Below are positions 15,755-30,608 of a stretch of DNA of 64,000 nucleotides, piece after piece; within the stretch, counting starts at the first letter, position 1, and every line of letters begins with the position of its first letter. A model generated the notes under the pieces. That model was given only the letters and a program-made list of their open reading frames with translations, had not been told where the DNA came from and did not search any database. Source of the DNA: the human T2T-CHM13v2.0 reference genome, Homo sapiens; the NCBI RefSeq assembly GCF_009914755.1, contig NC_060936.1, one strand, 5' to 3'. Position numbers and translations under genes: made by a program.

Positions 15755-18700
15755 GTTTGTTGAGGGCAGAGCCAATGGCCGGGAAGTGTTGTTGGCGCAC
15801 GCCTTCCGGATCGCAGCTCTTGCGGCGGCCATCGCCTTCGACTTAAGGGTGTTGCTTGGCCGCCGCCTGGTAGTCCGGCGATTCATTTCTTGCTCGGCCT
15901 CCTGGAGCTGTGGTCTGTGTGGGCTTCCACCTCAGACACCTGCGCTGGCTCAGCGGGGCCGGAACATGGCTGCGTCGGGTCTGGATCATCTCAAAAATGG
16001 CTACAGAAGAAGATTTTGTCGACCTTCCAGGGCACGTGACATTAACACAGAGCAAGGCCAGAATGTTCTGGAAATCTTACAAGACTGTTTTGAAGAAAAA
16101 AGTCTTGCCAATGATTTTAGCACAAATTCTACAAAATCAGTGCTTAATTCAACACGCAAAATAAAAGACACTTGTATTCAGTCACCAAGCAAAGAGTGAC
16201 AGAAATCACATCCAAAGTCAGTTCCACTTTCTTCAAGGAAGAAAGAAGCCTCTCTGCAGTTTGTTGTAGAACCAAGTGAAGCCACCAACAGATCAGTTCA
16301 GGCCCATGAAGTTCGTCAGAAAATTCTGGCAACTGATGTTAGTTCCAAAAATACACCTGACTCGAAAAAAATGTGAAGTAGAAACATAAATGATCATCAC
16401 AGTGAAGCTGATGAAGAATTTTACTTATCTGTTGGCTCACCTTCTGTTCTTTTGGATGCAAAAACATCTGTATCGCAAAATGTTATTCCATCTAGTGCCC
16501 AAAAGAGAGAGACTTACACTTTTGAAAATTCAGTAAATATGCTGCCTTCAAGTACAGAGGTTTCACTTAAAACCAAAAAAAGATTAAACTTTGAAGATAA
16601 AGTTATTTTAAAGAAAATAGAAATAGATAGAAATAGATAATAAAGTATCAGATAAAGAGGATAAAACATCAGAAGGACAAGAAAGAAAACCATCAGGATC
16701 ATCTCAGAATAGAATACGACATTCAGAATATGAAATTCAATGACAAGCTAAAAAAAGTTTTTCAACATTGTTTTTAGAAACAGTAAAACGAAAAAGTGAA
16801 TCCAGTCCCATTGTTAGGCATGGAGGAATTGTTCCACCTCATTCGTGTCCTCCCGATGATATGAAGTTGATAGAGGATGAATTTATAATTGATAAGTCAG
16901 ATCAAAGTTTTGCCAGTAGATCTTGGGATTACTATACCAAGAAAGGCGGGGCCTCTGAAACAACGCACCATATCCCCGGCTGAGAGCACTGCACTCCTTC
17001 AAGATAGAAAGTCAAGAGAAAAGCATCATAATATATTAGCTAAGACTTTGGCAAATGACAAACATTCCCATAAACCTCACCTAGTAGAGACATCTCAGCC
17101 CTCTGATAAAACAGTACTGGATACAAGTTATGCTTTGACAGGTGAAACAGAAAATGACTGTAGATCTACAAAATATGAAATGTATTCCAAGAATGCAGAA
17201 AAATCATCTGGAAGCAAAAGGACTATAAAACAAAAACAGAGAAGAAAATTTATGGCTAAACCAGCTGAAGAACAGCTCGATGTGGGACAGACTAAAGATG
17301 AAAACATACATATGTCACATATTACCCAAGACAAATTTCAAAGAAATTCAGACAGAAATATGGAAGAGCGTGAAGAGATGGGAAATGATTGTGCTTCCAA
17401 AATACAGATGCCACCTGTGGGAAGCAAGAAAAGTAGCACTAGAAAAGATAAGGAAGAATCTAAAAAGAAGCGCTTTTCTAGTGAGTCCAAGAACAAACTT
17501 GTGTCTGAAGAAGTGACTTCAACTGTCACGAGAAGTCGAAGAATTTCCAGGCATCCATCTAATTGGTGGGTGGTAAAATCAGAGGAGAGTCCTGTTTATA
17601 GCAATTCTTCAATAAGAAATGAATTACCACTGCATCACAACAGTAGGCAAAAATCTGCTAAGAAAACAAATCAGTCATCTAAGAATATTGGGAAAAAAAC
17701 TATTCCACTTAAAAGGCAGAAGACAGCAACTAAAGACAGCCAAAGAGTACAGAAGTTTTTAAATGCTAAAGGTTCTGGAGGTATCATTGGTCATGATGAA
17801 ATTTCCAGTTGTTTGCTGAGTGAGCCATTGGAAAGTGATGAGGCAGACTTGGCTAAGAGGAAAAATCTGGATTGTTCTAGATCTACAGGAAGCTCAAAGA
17901 ATGAAGATAATATTATGACTGCACAGAATGTTCCCCTAAAGCCTCAGACCAGTGGATATACATGTAATACACCAACAGAGTCAAACTTGGATTCTGGAGA
18001 GCATAAGACTTCAGTTTTAGAGGAAAGTGGACCTTCCAGGCTCAATAATAATTATTTAATGTCTGGAAAGAATAATAATGATGTGGATGATGAGGAAGTT
18101 CCTGGAAGTTCAGATGACTCAAAACGAACTAAAGTGATACCAAAGAACAGAATCCATCACAAACTAGTATTGCCCTCCAACACACCAAATGTTCGCAGGA
18201 CCAAGAGAACACGTTTGAAACCTTTGGAGTACTGGCGAGGACAGCAAATAGATTATCAAGGAAGGCCATCAGGAGGATTCGTGATTAGTGGAATACTATC
18301 TCCAGGCAAAATATCGTCTAAAAGGAAGGCAAGAGAAAATATTGGAAAAGTTGACAAAAAAATCTAATAAGAAAAGGATCTGTCTTGATAACGATGAAAG
18401 AAAGACTAGCTTAATGGTAAATCTAGGTATACCTCTTGGAGATCCTTTGCAGCCAGCAATGGTAAAGGACCCAGAAACAAGAGAGATTATTCTCATGGAT
18501 CTTGTAAGGCCACAAGATACATATCAATTTTTTGTTAAGCATGGTGAGTTGAAGGTATATAACACATTGGATACACCCTTTTTTTCTACTGGGAAATTGA
18601 TATTAAGACCACAAGAAGAAAAGGGAAAGCAGCATGTTGGCCAGGATATATTGTTTTTTTATGTTAACTTTGGTGACCTTTCGTGTACTTTACACGAAAT

Positions 18701-18946
18701 ACCTTATATAATAAGTACTGGGGATTCGTTCTATGTTCCTTCAGGTAACTATTATAACATCAAAAATCTCCTGAATGAGGAAAGTGTTCTTCTTTTTACT
18801 CAGATAAAAAGATGAAAGATCAACCAACCTTAAATATATGTGTGTATATATGTATATGTGAAAAAGTTTGTATAGTTGGGACATTTGTCTTTGTAATTAC
18901 TTGTGATGTTTTAAAATAAAAAAATTATTCATTTTTGTGAAAAAAA
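15755..18946 (+). pseudogene. CENPCP1: Full-length processed pseudogene of centromere protein C
   Basis: Intronless, collinear CENP-C coding sequence from ATG 15966 (MAASGLDHLKNGYRRRF) to TGA 18815 (...LLFTQIKR), both UTRs, AATAAA 18915-18920, 16-bp TSD. Stops at 16197, 16374 and 16741; frameshifts near 16625 (10-nt duplication), 16925 and 18360. Confidence 0.95.
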
Positions 18947-18951
18947 GACAT

Positions 18952-20458
18952 CTATCCCTATCCCTATCCCTATCCCTATCCCTATCCCTCTCTCCCCACG
19001 GTCTCCCTCTCCCTCTCTTTCCACAGTCTCCCTCTGATGCCCAGCCGAAGCTGGACTGTACTGCTGCCATCTCGGCTCACTGCAACCTTGCTGCCTGATT
19101 CTCCCGCCTCAGCCTGCCGAGTGCCTGCGATTGCAGGCACGCGCCGCCACGCCTGACTGGTTTTTGTATTTTTTTGGTGGAGACGGGGTTTCGCTGTGTT
19201 GGCCGGGCTGGTCTCCAGCTCCTAACCGCGAGTGATCTGCCAGCCTCGGCCTCCCGAGGTGCCGGGATTGCAGACGGAGTCTCATTCACTCAGTGCTCAA
19301 TGTTGCCGAGGCTGGAGTGCAGTGGCATGATCTCAGCTAGCTACAACCTCCACCTCCCAGCCGCCTGCCTTGGCCTCCCAAAGTGCCGAGACTGCAGCCT
19401 CTGCCCGGCTGCCACCCCGTCTGGGAAGTGAGGAGCGTCTCTGCCCGGCCACCATCCCGTCTAGGAAGTGAGGAGCGTCTCTGCCCGGCCGCCCATCGTC
19501 TGAGATGTGGGGAGCGCCTCTGCCCCGCCACCCCATCTGGGATGTGAGGAGAGCCTCTGCCCTGCTGCGACCCCGTCTGGGAGGTGAGGAGCGTCTCTGC
19601 CTGGCCGCCCCGTCTGAGAAGTGAGGAGCCCCTCCGCCCGGCAGCCGCCCCATCTGAGAAGTGAGGAGCCCCTCCGCCCGGCAGCCGCCCCGTCTGAGAA
19701 GTGAGGAGCCCCTCCGCCTGGCAGCCGCCCCGTCTGAGAAGTGAGGAGCCCCTCCGCCCCGCAGCCAGCCTGTCTGGGAAGTGAGGAGCGTCTCCGCCCG
19801 GCAGCCGCCCCATCCGGGAGGGAGGTGGGGGGCGCCTCTGCCCGGCCGCCGCCCCATCCAGGAGGTGGGGGGCGCCTCTGCCCGGCCGCCCCTTCTGGGA
19901 AGTGAGGAGCCCCTCTGCCCGGCCACCACCCCATCTGGGAGGTGTACCCAACAGCTCATTGAGAACGGGCCATGATGACGATGGCGGTTTTGTGGAATAG
20001 AAAAGGGGGAAATGTGGGGAAAAGATAGAGAAATCAGATTGTTGCTGTGTCTGTGGAGAAAGAAGTAGACATAGGAGACTCCATTTTGTTCTGTACTAAG
20101 AAAGATTCTTCTGCTTTGGGATGCTGTTGATCTATGACCTTGCCCCCAACCCTGTGCTCTCTGAAACATGTGCTGTGTCCACTCAGGGTTAAATGGATTA
20201 AGGGCGGTGCAAGATGTGCTTTGTTAAACAGATGCTTGAAGGCAGCATGCTCCTTAAGAGTCATCACCACTCCCTAACCTCAAGTACCCAGGGACACAAA
20301 CACTGCGGAAGGCCGCAGGGTCCTCTGCCTAGGAAAACCAGAGACCTTTGTTCACTTGTTTATCTGCTGACCTTCCCTCCACTATTGTCCTATGACCCTG
20401 CCAAATCCCTCTCTGCAAGAAACACCCAAGAATGATCAATTAAAAAAAAAAAAGAAAG
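18952..20458 (+). mobile_element. Full-length SVA retrotransposon, probably an older subfamily (B/C-like; uncertain)
   Basis: Hexamer head 18952-18991, antisense Alu-like region about 19000-19400, GC-rich VNTR about 19400-19940, SINE-R about 19940-20440, A tail, 11-bp TSD aaaaaagacat. Confidence 0.96.
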
Positions 20459-20475
20459 AAAAAAGACATTAACGT

Positions 20476-21580
<1,105 letters not shown>

Positions 21581-21589
21581 TTTAGGAAA

Positions 21590-22450
21590 AAGCAGAAAAC
21601 ATCACTCTAGCTGTTGTGTGGAGAAGCTACAAGGGGCAAGGGACAGATCTATTAGGAGGCTACTGCAATCACGCAGTCAGGAGAAAGCACTGGTCTGGAC
21701 TAGACTGCGAGCCTTGGAAGGAGGAAAAAGAGTCAAAATCAAGATATACTGTAGGGTCTATGAGGCTTGCTAATGACTAGATGTGAGGGAGAGAAAAAGA
21801 GAAGATGCTAGAATTTTGGCCTGGGCACTGAAGTGAGTTTTAGTGCCATTTAATGAGATGAGAAAGACCAGAAAAGGAGATCTGAAGTGATACAGGTTGG
21901 GGTGGACATAGTAGATTTGAGATGCCAATTAGACATACAAGTGAAAATGTCAAGTAGGAAGATGGATATACCCCCCCTGGAGCCCAGGGAGAGGTTCTGA
22001 CTGTACAGTGTGGTGGTTAAAAGAACACCCTGTGAAATTAGACTCACTGTGTTCAAATCCATGCTGTCACTTACTGCTGTGTGCCCTTGGGCAAGTTATT
22101 CCACCTCTCTGTGCCCAGGACATTTCATTTGCAAAATGAGGTGTTAAAAGTATTAAAGGAAATAGTACTTGCAATTTATGCCTGCCACATGAAAAATACT
22201 CAAATGTAGCTATTATTGCTAAAGTTTTCTCTGTTAGTAGTAACTTAGAGAAAGTACTAAAGACTGTAAACTAGATGGGATCACTGAGGAAATCAGTACA
22301 GATAAAGAAGAGGTTGAGGACACTTAACGTTCAGATAAGGAAGAGCAAAGGAAGGAGCCACAAACGAAGTAGGAGAGGAACAAGGACATTGTGGTGTCCA
22401 GGAAGAGAAGGAGCATTCCAAGAGGGTGACAAGTGTGTCAAATGAGGTTT
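21590..22450 (-). mobile_element. L2 with embedded MIR (about 22000-22215)
   Basis: L2 motifs (gagatgccaattagacat...gtcaagtagg); MIR core ccttgggcaagttatt...ctctctgtgcc. Confidence 0.65.
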
Positions 22451-22874
22451 AGTAAAATCAGGCCTGATCAGGACCTGCTACATAATTTGCAGGGCCTAGT
22501 GCAAAACGTAAATGTGAAGCTCTTATAGGAAAATAATTAAGAATTTCATAGCATTAAACTAAGCATGGGGCCCTGTGCAACTGTACAGGAGGTATGCCCA
22601 CAAAGCTGGCCCTGGGCCCAAGAGAGAGGAGGTTCCAGCGGGGCTTCCTGGGTCGAGTAGGGGCTCAGAAAGCTGTGAAACTCACTCATTTCCTGCATCA
22701 GGGCTTACTTTGGTCCTGGATAAATAATATTGAAGATATATACTTAAAATATTCCTAACATCAGAATTTGTCCATGTGTTTTCTTCCTCAAGAAAGTGGG
22801 ATCAAAGCCAGAAAGGCATGGAGTCAGAAGAAAATAGGAGGGAGTTAATACATATTATATAACATATTACGACC

Positions 22875-23133
22875 CCCAAGGCAGCAGATCACTTCAGCCC
22901 AGAAGTCTGAGACCAGCTGGGCAACGTCTCGAAACCCCGTCTCTACAAAAAATAACAAAAAAATTAGCTGGGCATGGTGACCTGCACCTGTATTCCCAGC
23001 TACTCTGTGGGGGTGGGGGAGGCTGAGGTGGGAGATAGAGGCTGTACTGAGCCACGATTGCGCCACTGCACTCCAGCCTGCTCCAGACAGAGCAAGGCCC
23101 TGTCTCAAAAAAAAAAAAAAAAAAAAAAAAAAA
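22875..23133 (+). mobile_element. 5'-truncated AluJ-type
   Basis: Alu body and A tail. Confidence 0.85.
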
Positions 23134-24469
23134 CTATGAAAACCAACATTGAATTTCCCTCTTTACTTCCTTAACCTTCTTTCTTAGGAAAGAACTGTCC
23201 TACCAAACCCTAATACCATGATAATAAAATGTATTTGGTTATTGATGTCAGTGTTGTACTGTGTCAACTTGGAATTTGCTTTCATACATTTCCATTAAAC
23301 CACACCCTATATAAACATTACCACATAATTTAAAATGTCAAAGCTTGTACCATTCATCTTCAACGGGTCTATTTCGAGATAAAATGTCAAAAGGGAGGAA
23401 ATTAAGGGAAAACATTAACTAGTAATCTACCAGTTTAAAAAAACTATTTATGTTCTATAACAATAATCCATTGTTTCAAGAAATCCCTGTTGGCAGAAGA
23501 AAGAACAAAGCCCATGCTTACCTAGGTCAGTGCTTTGTCTCTGGAGGTGACAACAAAGAACAACAAATGGAAAACATGTTTGCTCTTTGTCTGTCACACA
23601 ATGTCCAAATGGCCACCCGTCTTTGTGTCACCTTAAGTACCAATAACTTCCTTGAGTCAACTCAAGCTTTCTCACTCATTGATTTGACCAAAATCAGCTG
23701 CAGTTACTTAGAGGCTCTGTCTGGAACACTATTTTCTGAAAAGAAATGTTACCGTCTCCAGTTTTTTGTTTCTTACAAATTATCTTACGTATCTTTTCAG
23801 TTGGTAATATGTGTACCTGAAACAGAATTCCAATATTACAGAATTCCAACATTACAAAACAGCATTTAATGAAATCTCCTTCTAGTCCTTGGCAACCTGG
23901 TTCTCCTTCCCAGAAGCAACCAGCATTACTAATTTCTGGGGAATCCTTTGTGCTTATACAAATGTGTGTGTCTATTCTCATATGCTTTTTATACAAATGG
24001 TAGTATATTATTCTTGCTATTCTGCATTTTGCCTCTCTATCTTGCTTCCTCAGTCTACTTAGCATGATATATGTTGGAGACAATGTTTTGTTAATACCTA
24101 GAGCTGCCTCATTCCCTTTTCCCTCTTATTTTTGGTAAATTTTTATTTTGATAATTTTAAGCTTACAGAAAAATTACAGAAGAGTTCTTAGGTTGCTCTT
24201 TGTCTTTATTGACCTTGATGTTCTTGAAGACTATAGGCTTGTTATTTTGGTAGCATGTTTGTTAATTTTATTAGATTGAAGACATAATTTTGACAAGAAT
24301 ATCACAAAAGTTATGTTGTACCCTTAGCAGTGCATCATATTAGGGTGCACATGATGTCTCTTTGTCCTAATAGTGTTGATGTTTACTTTGATTGCTTGAT
24401 TTAGGTGATCCTACCTCTACCATGTAAAGTTACTATTTTTCCCTTTGGAATTAATTAGTAACTTGTAGC

Positions 24470-24832
24470 ATAATATGGTTTGGCTGTGTCCCCACCGAAA
24501 ATCTCATCTTGAATTGTAATCCGAATTATAATCCATGTGTTGGGGGAGGGACCTTGTGGGAGGTGATTAGATCATGGGGGCTGTTCTCATGATAGTGAGT
24601 GATTTCTCACAAGATCCGATGGTTTTATAAGGAGCTTCCCCACCTTTGCTCTGCACTTGTCTCTCCTGCTGCCATGTGAAGAAGGATGTGTTTGTTTCCC
24701 CTTAGGCTATGATCCTAAATTTCCTGAGGCCTACCCAGCCATGTGAAACTATGTGTCAATTAAACCTTTTTCCTTTATAAATTACCCAGTCTTAGGCGGT
24801 TCTTTATAGAAGTGTGTGAACAGACTAATAGA
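24470..24832. mobile_element. THE1/MST-type MaLR solo LTR inside antisense L1 debris (about 23860-25690)
   Basis: atatggtttggctgtgtccccacc...aattacccagtct...acagactaata. Confidence 0.85.
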
Positions 24833-25552
24833 TGGAGAGACAAGACTATATAAATATTGTCTTCCTCACCAAACTGTCACACACTAATTTTAGCATCCTT
24901 TCATAATTTTCTAACCCATCATTCTATGATTTACTACTTAATTGATGTTTAATTAGTAAGTTAATGAATATTTTAAAAATGTATTTACTGTTGTAAGGAA
25001 GAACCATCCATTTTCCTCCATTTATCTGTTTACTCATTTACTTATTTTTATCAGTGTGAATGCATAGATTATTTAATTCAACAGGTTATAATCCATAACT
25101 ATCATTTATTTTGACTCTCAAATTGTTCCAGATTTGGCAAATGAAAGCCCCTTTAAAAGCTGGCCTCTGTGTCCTTTTGATATATTTCCATTCTTCAAAT
25201 ACTCCCTTATTTTCTAGAATTACACGATGTTCTAAGATGTACTTCTCCCACTCCAGCCCTGAAATGGGGCTTTTTTTTCCCCCTCCAAAAGCTCTGATTT
25301 CTTTTAATGGATAATGGTATTTAGAAACCAATATCTGGGCACAATGTTTGCTTATTGCTACTGGTGTGTCAGTGAACAGAGCTAAGGAGTAAGACAGAAA
25401 TCTCAACGGGCAGAACTAAGAAATTAGCTATAAATAGAAAGCTATTATCTATCTATATGTAGGTATATCAATTGATATAGGTATTAAAAACCATGAGTTC
25501 TAATCTAACACCACAGAATACATTCTTGCCCTCCTTTTTTCCATATCTGTGA

Positions 25553-25990
<438 letters not shown>

Positions 25991-26486
25991 TGTTTCGTTT
26001 TTTTAACTGGGAGGCAATTAAATTATAGGTGGCTCCTTTTTGTTCTTGTACACTTCCTTTTGTTCTTTGGTAGCATGGGTCTGCTTGAGCTTGGAAATTA
26101 GTCCTAGGGCATGGCCCTTTCTTTCAGGTGTGGTCCTGATTCCTAAAGACCTGGCCTTTCTGGTGTCTCAACTCAATGTCTGAAGTGCTCAGAGAGATTT
26201 CCTCTTTGTTGGAGCTAGAGACCTAGACATCCAGCCCTGCATGGTCATTAGTATCATTCAGCTCTCAGTCTAGCAGTGAGAGATCCCTGGTAGTCTCACA
26301 GTTTCCCACTCTGCACATCCTGAGCTCAGCCAGGCTGTTACTCTGAGGCTGCTCTACCTCTCTGCTGTGCAGCAGGAAAAGTGCTCCCAGGAAGAAAGCC
26401 AAGGAGATCATCACCTTGCATGTTTTCTTTCTTGCAAAGATCATAGTTTTCACACTCTCTGTAGGTCAGTGCCTGAAAACAGCTAA

Positions 26487-26902
<416 letters not shown>

Positions 26903-26989
26903 AAACAGTACATATTTTAGATAACTTTGTACATTTGAAATACATTCCCTCTCAGGCCTTTTCATTCCATATTCAAAATAATCCTGACT

Positions 26990-27326
<337 letters not shown>

Positions 27327-27622
27327 TCACTTATTTCAGAAGTCCTTCTCTGTATTTTCTACCTCCATTATGTCCTACTATAAAGTCCATTACTGAAAAT
27401 AAACTCAGCTTTCTAGTTTTACCTGGTGCCATGACTTTGTACTTCATGCTGCATTTCCAGGTTCATGCTTGCCTTTGGGTCACAAAAGAAACACCAGACT
27501 GCTTTATTTGGGGGAAAAATAGGGAAATCTAAAGAAATCTATGAGAATGAGTTCTTTCTAAATATTTTTAAGAAAAGAAAAATAAAAGGCAATCCCCAGA
27601 CATACATCTATAAACGTAGATG

Positions 27623-27913
27623 GGGCCTGGCATAATGGCTCACTGTAATCTCAGCACTTTGGGAGGCCAAGGCAGGTGAATCACTCGAGTCCAGGAATTT
27701 GAGACCAGTTTGGCCAATATGGTGAAACCCTGTCTCTACTAAAAATACAAAAATGAGCCAGGCGTGGTGGCGTGCACCTATAGTACTAGCTACTTGGGAG
27801 GCTGAGGCACGAGAATCACTAGAATCCAGGAGATTGGGGCTGTAGTGAGCTGAGATCGCAACACTGCCTTCCAGCGTGGGTGACAGAGTAAGACTGTCTC
27901 AAAACAACAATAA
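27623..27913 (+). mobile_element. Alu
   Basis: Full dimer. Confidence 0.88.
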
Positions 27914-28324
27914 ACCTAGATGGAAGTGAGGGAGAGGGTTGTACAATAAAAAGACAATATTCCAATCTTGACTAGACAAACTTTAATACTGTAATATGGT
28001 CAGAAGTAGTTTGTACTATGCAAGCACTGCATAATAATACAATTAACTGACAGCACTAACTTAAAATCCCTTTGCCTTGAATGAGGAAATAACTAAGCAT
28101 ATTTGCTTTCTAGCTGATACTAAGTAATTAGCTTGCTAGTATAAGCTGGGTCTAAAGGAGCTGTGGGTGCTTTAAAAAGTAATCTTTAGTAATGACAAGC
28201 TGAAGAAATTGAATTTAATTTATTCAAATTTCACATGTCTTTGAGGACTGGCAATAACAACAACAGAAACCTTTACTGAATTGGTACCATGGGCCTAGTA
28301 CTTTTCAATACTGCGTAAGTATCA

Positions 28325-28587
<263 letters not shown>

Positions 28588-29509
28588 GCCTTTATAAGTA
28601 TTACTTTATTTAATCCTAACAACAAGGCAGATAAATATCATTATCTCTATTTTACAGAAGAGGAAACGAGGCTTAGTGAGGTTAGGTAACTGGTCAAGGT
28701 AATATAGATGAAAAGTGAAAAGAGCTCAATTTTTAACCCAGTTTTATAAGATTCCAAAGCCTAGGCTTTTAACCAATAAACCAGTGCTTCTCAAAGCAAA
28801 GGGAATTTATGAATTATCTTCATTACAGTTACTGGGATCCTTGTAAAAAAGACGTTATTTCTAGTAAATTATACATTATTTGGGGTGAGACCTGGGAATA
28901 TAAATTTTTGACAAGTTTCTCACTGAATTCTGATGCACATTGAAATTTGAGAAACACTGCACTCTGTTACTACCTCTCAGTGTATACACTAAATTAGTTT
29001 AGCTTTTGTAATTTTTCAGCTTTTATAAATTTAGTAATTTTTTAAGCTATAATAGGAGAAGCTCCACAAAGTACCACATAGACTGCCATCAAGAATTTGA
29101 AAAAAAAAAAAAAAAAAGAATTCTTGGCAAACTTTTATTATGATTTCACTGCAGGGAAAGTAACTAAAAAGTTCAAATTTCAGTCTGCTTCTATTCAGTC
29201 AAAAAAGGAAAGATTAACTTGTTCTTTACCATCATTTGTTGTACAAGCACACCACATGTTACAGGATTGAATCAATGACAGGATAACCTTGAAGGAAATA
29301 GAGGGGGAAGTAACAACTTCAATGTTAAAATTATGTAATTTTCAACAGAAACTTCTAAAGTACAGCTCAGATTCTGCAAACCCTGTGAAAATACTTTAAC
29401 AGGCTTTTACTGTTTGTTTAAACTTTAATGTGGCCCTCTGCGAAAGGGATGACTGGCCTAATGGAAAAGGGTATGGTTCTGAAATCAGACTCAAACCAGG
29501 CTCTATTAG

Positions 29510-29735
29510 GCTAGAGGTCCCCAACCCCCAGGCTGCGAACTGGTTCCGGTCCATGGCCTATTAGGAACTGGGCTGCACAGCAGGAGGTGAGCGGCAGGCA
29601 AGCAAACCTTAAGGCTTGAGCTCCAGCTCCAGTGAGATCAGCAGCGGCATTAGATTCTCATAGGAGTGTGAACCCTGCTGTGAAAATTGTCTTCCATGAA
29701 GCCAGTCCCTGGTGCCAAAAAGATTGGGGACCACT
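29510..29735 (-). mobile_element. Internally deleted MER1B-like element inside a MIR
   Basis: ggtccccaaccccc...ggtgccaaaaagattggggaccact termini. Confidence 0.8.
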
Positions 29736-29901
29736 ACTAGGCTCTGCTGCCTACTAGCTTTATAGTTTTGGGCAAGTTACTGAAATTTCAGCTTCCGCAA
29801 CCATAAAAAGGGATGACAACACTTCACAGGCTATTTTGTTTTCTCCCATCCTCTTCCCTCTCATCACCTTTCCACCCATCCTGTGAAACCTAAGAGCCCC
29901 T

Positions 29902-30608
<707 letters not shown>

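Noticed and set aside
15753-15965. N-terminal extension of the 148-aa ORF starting at GTG
   Set aside because: The start codon straddles the TSD and the extension is CENPC leader sequence; the real ATG is at 15966.
15755-18946. Functional full-length CENPC gene
   Set aside because: Three premature stops, three frameshifts, no introns, and flanking TSDs.
19077-20435. Long overlapping ORFs of up to 278 aa
   Set aside because: Products of the GC-rich SVA VNTR and SINE-R; repetitive low-complexity translations open in several frames.
15739-20475. Single-event SVA 5' transduction carrying CENPC
   Set aside because: Disfavoured because a target-site copy (aaaaaagacat) lies between the retrocopy and the SVA hexamer, as expected for two sequential insertions.
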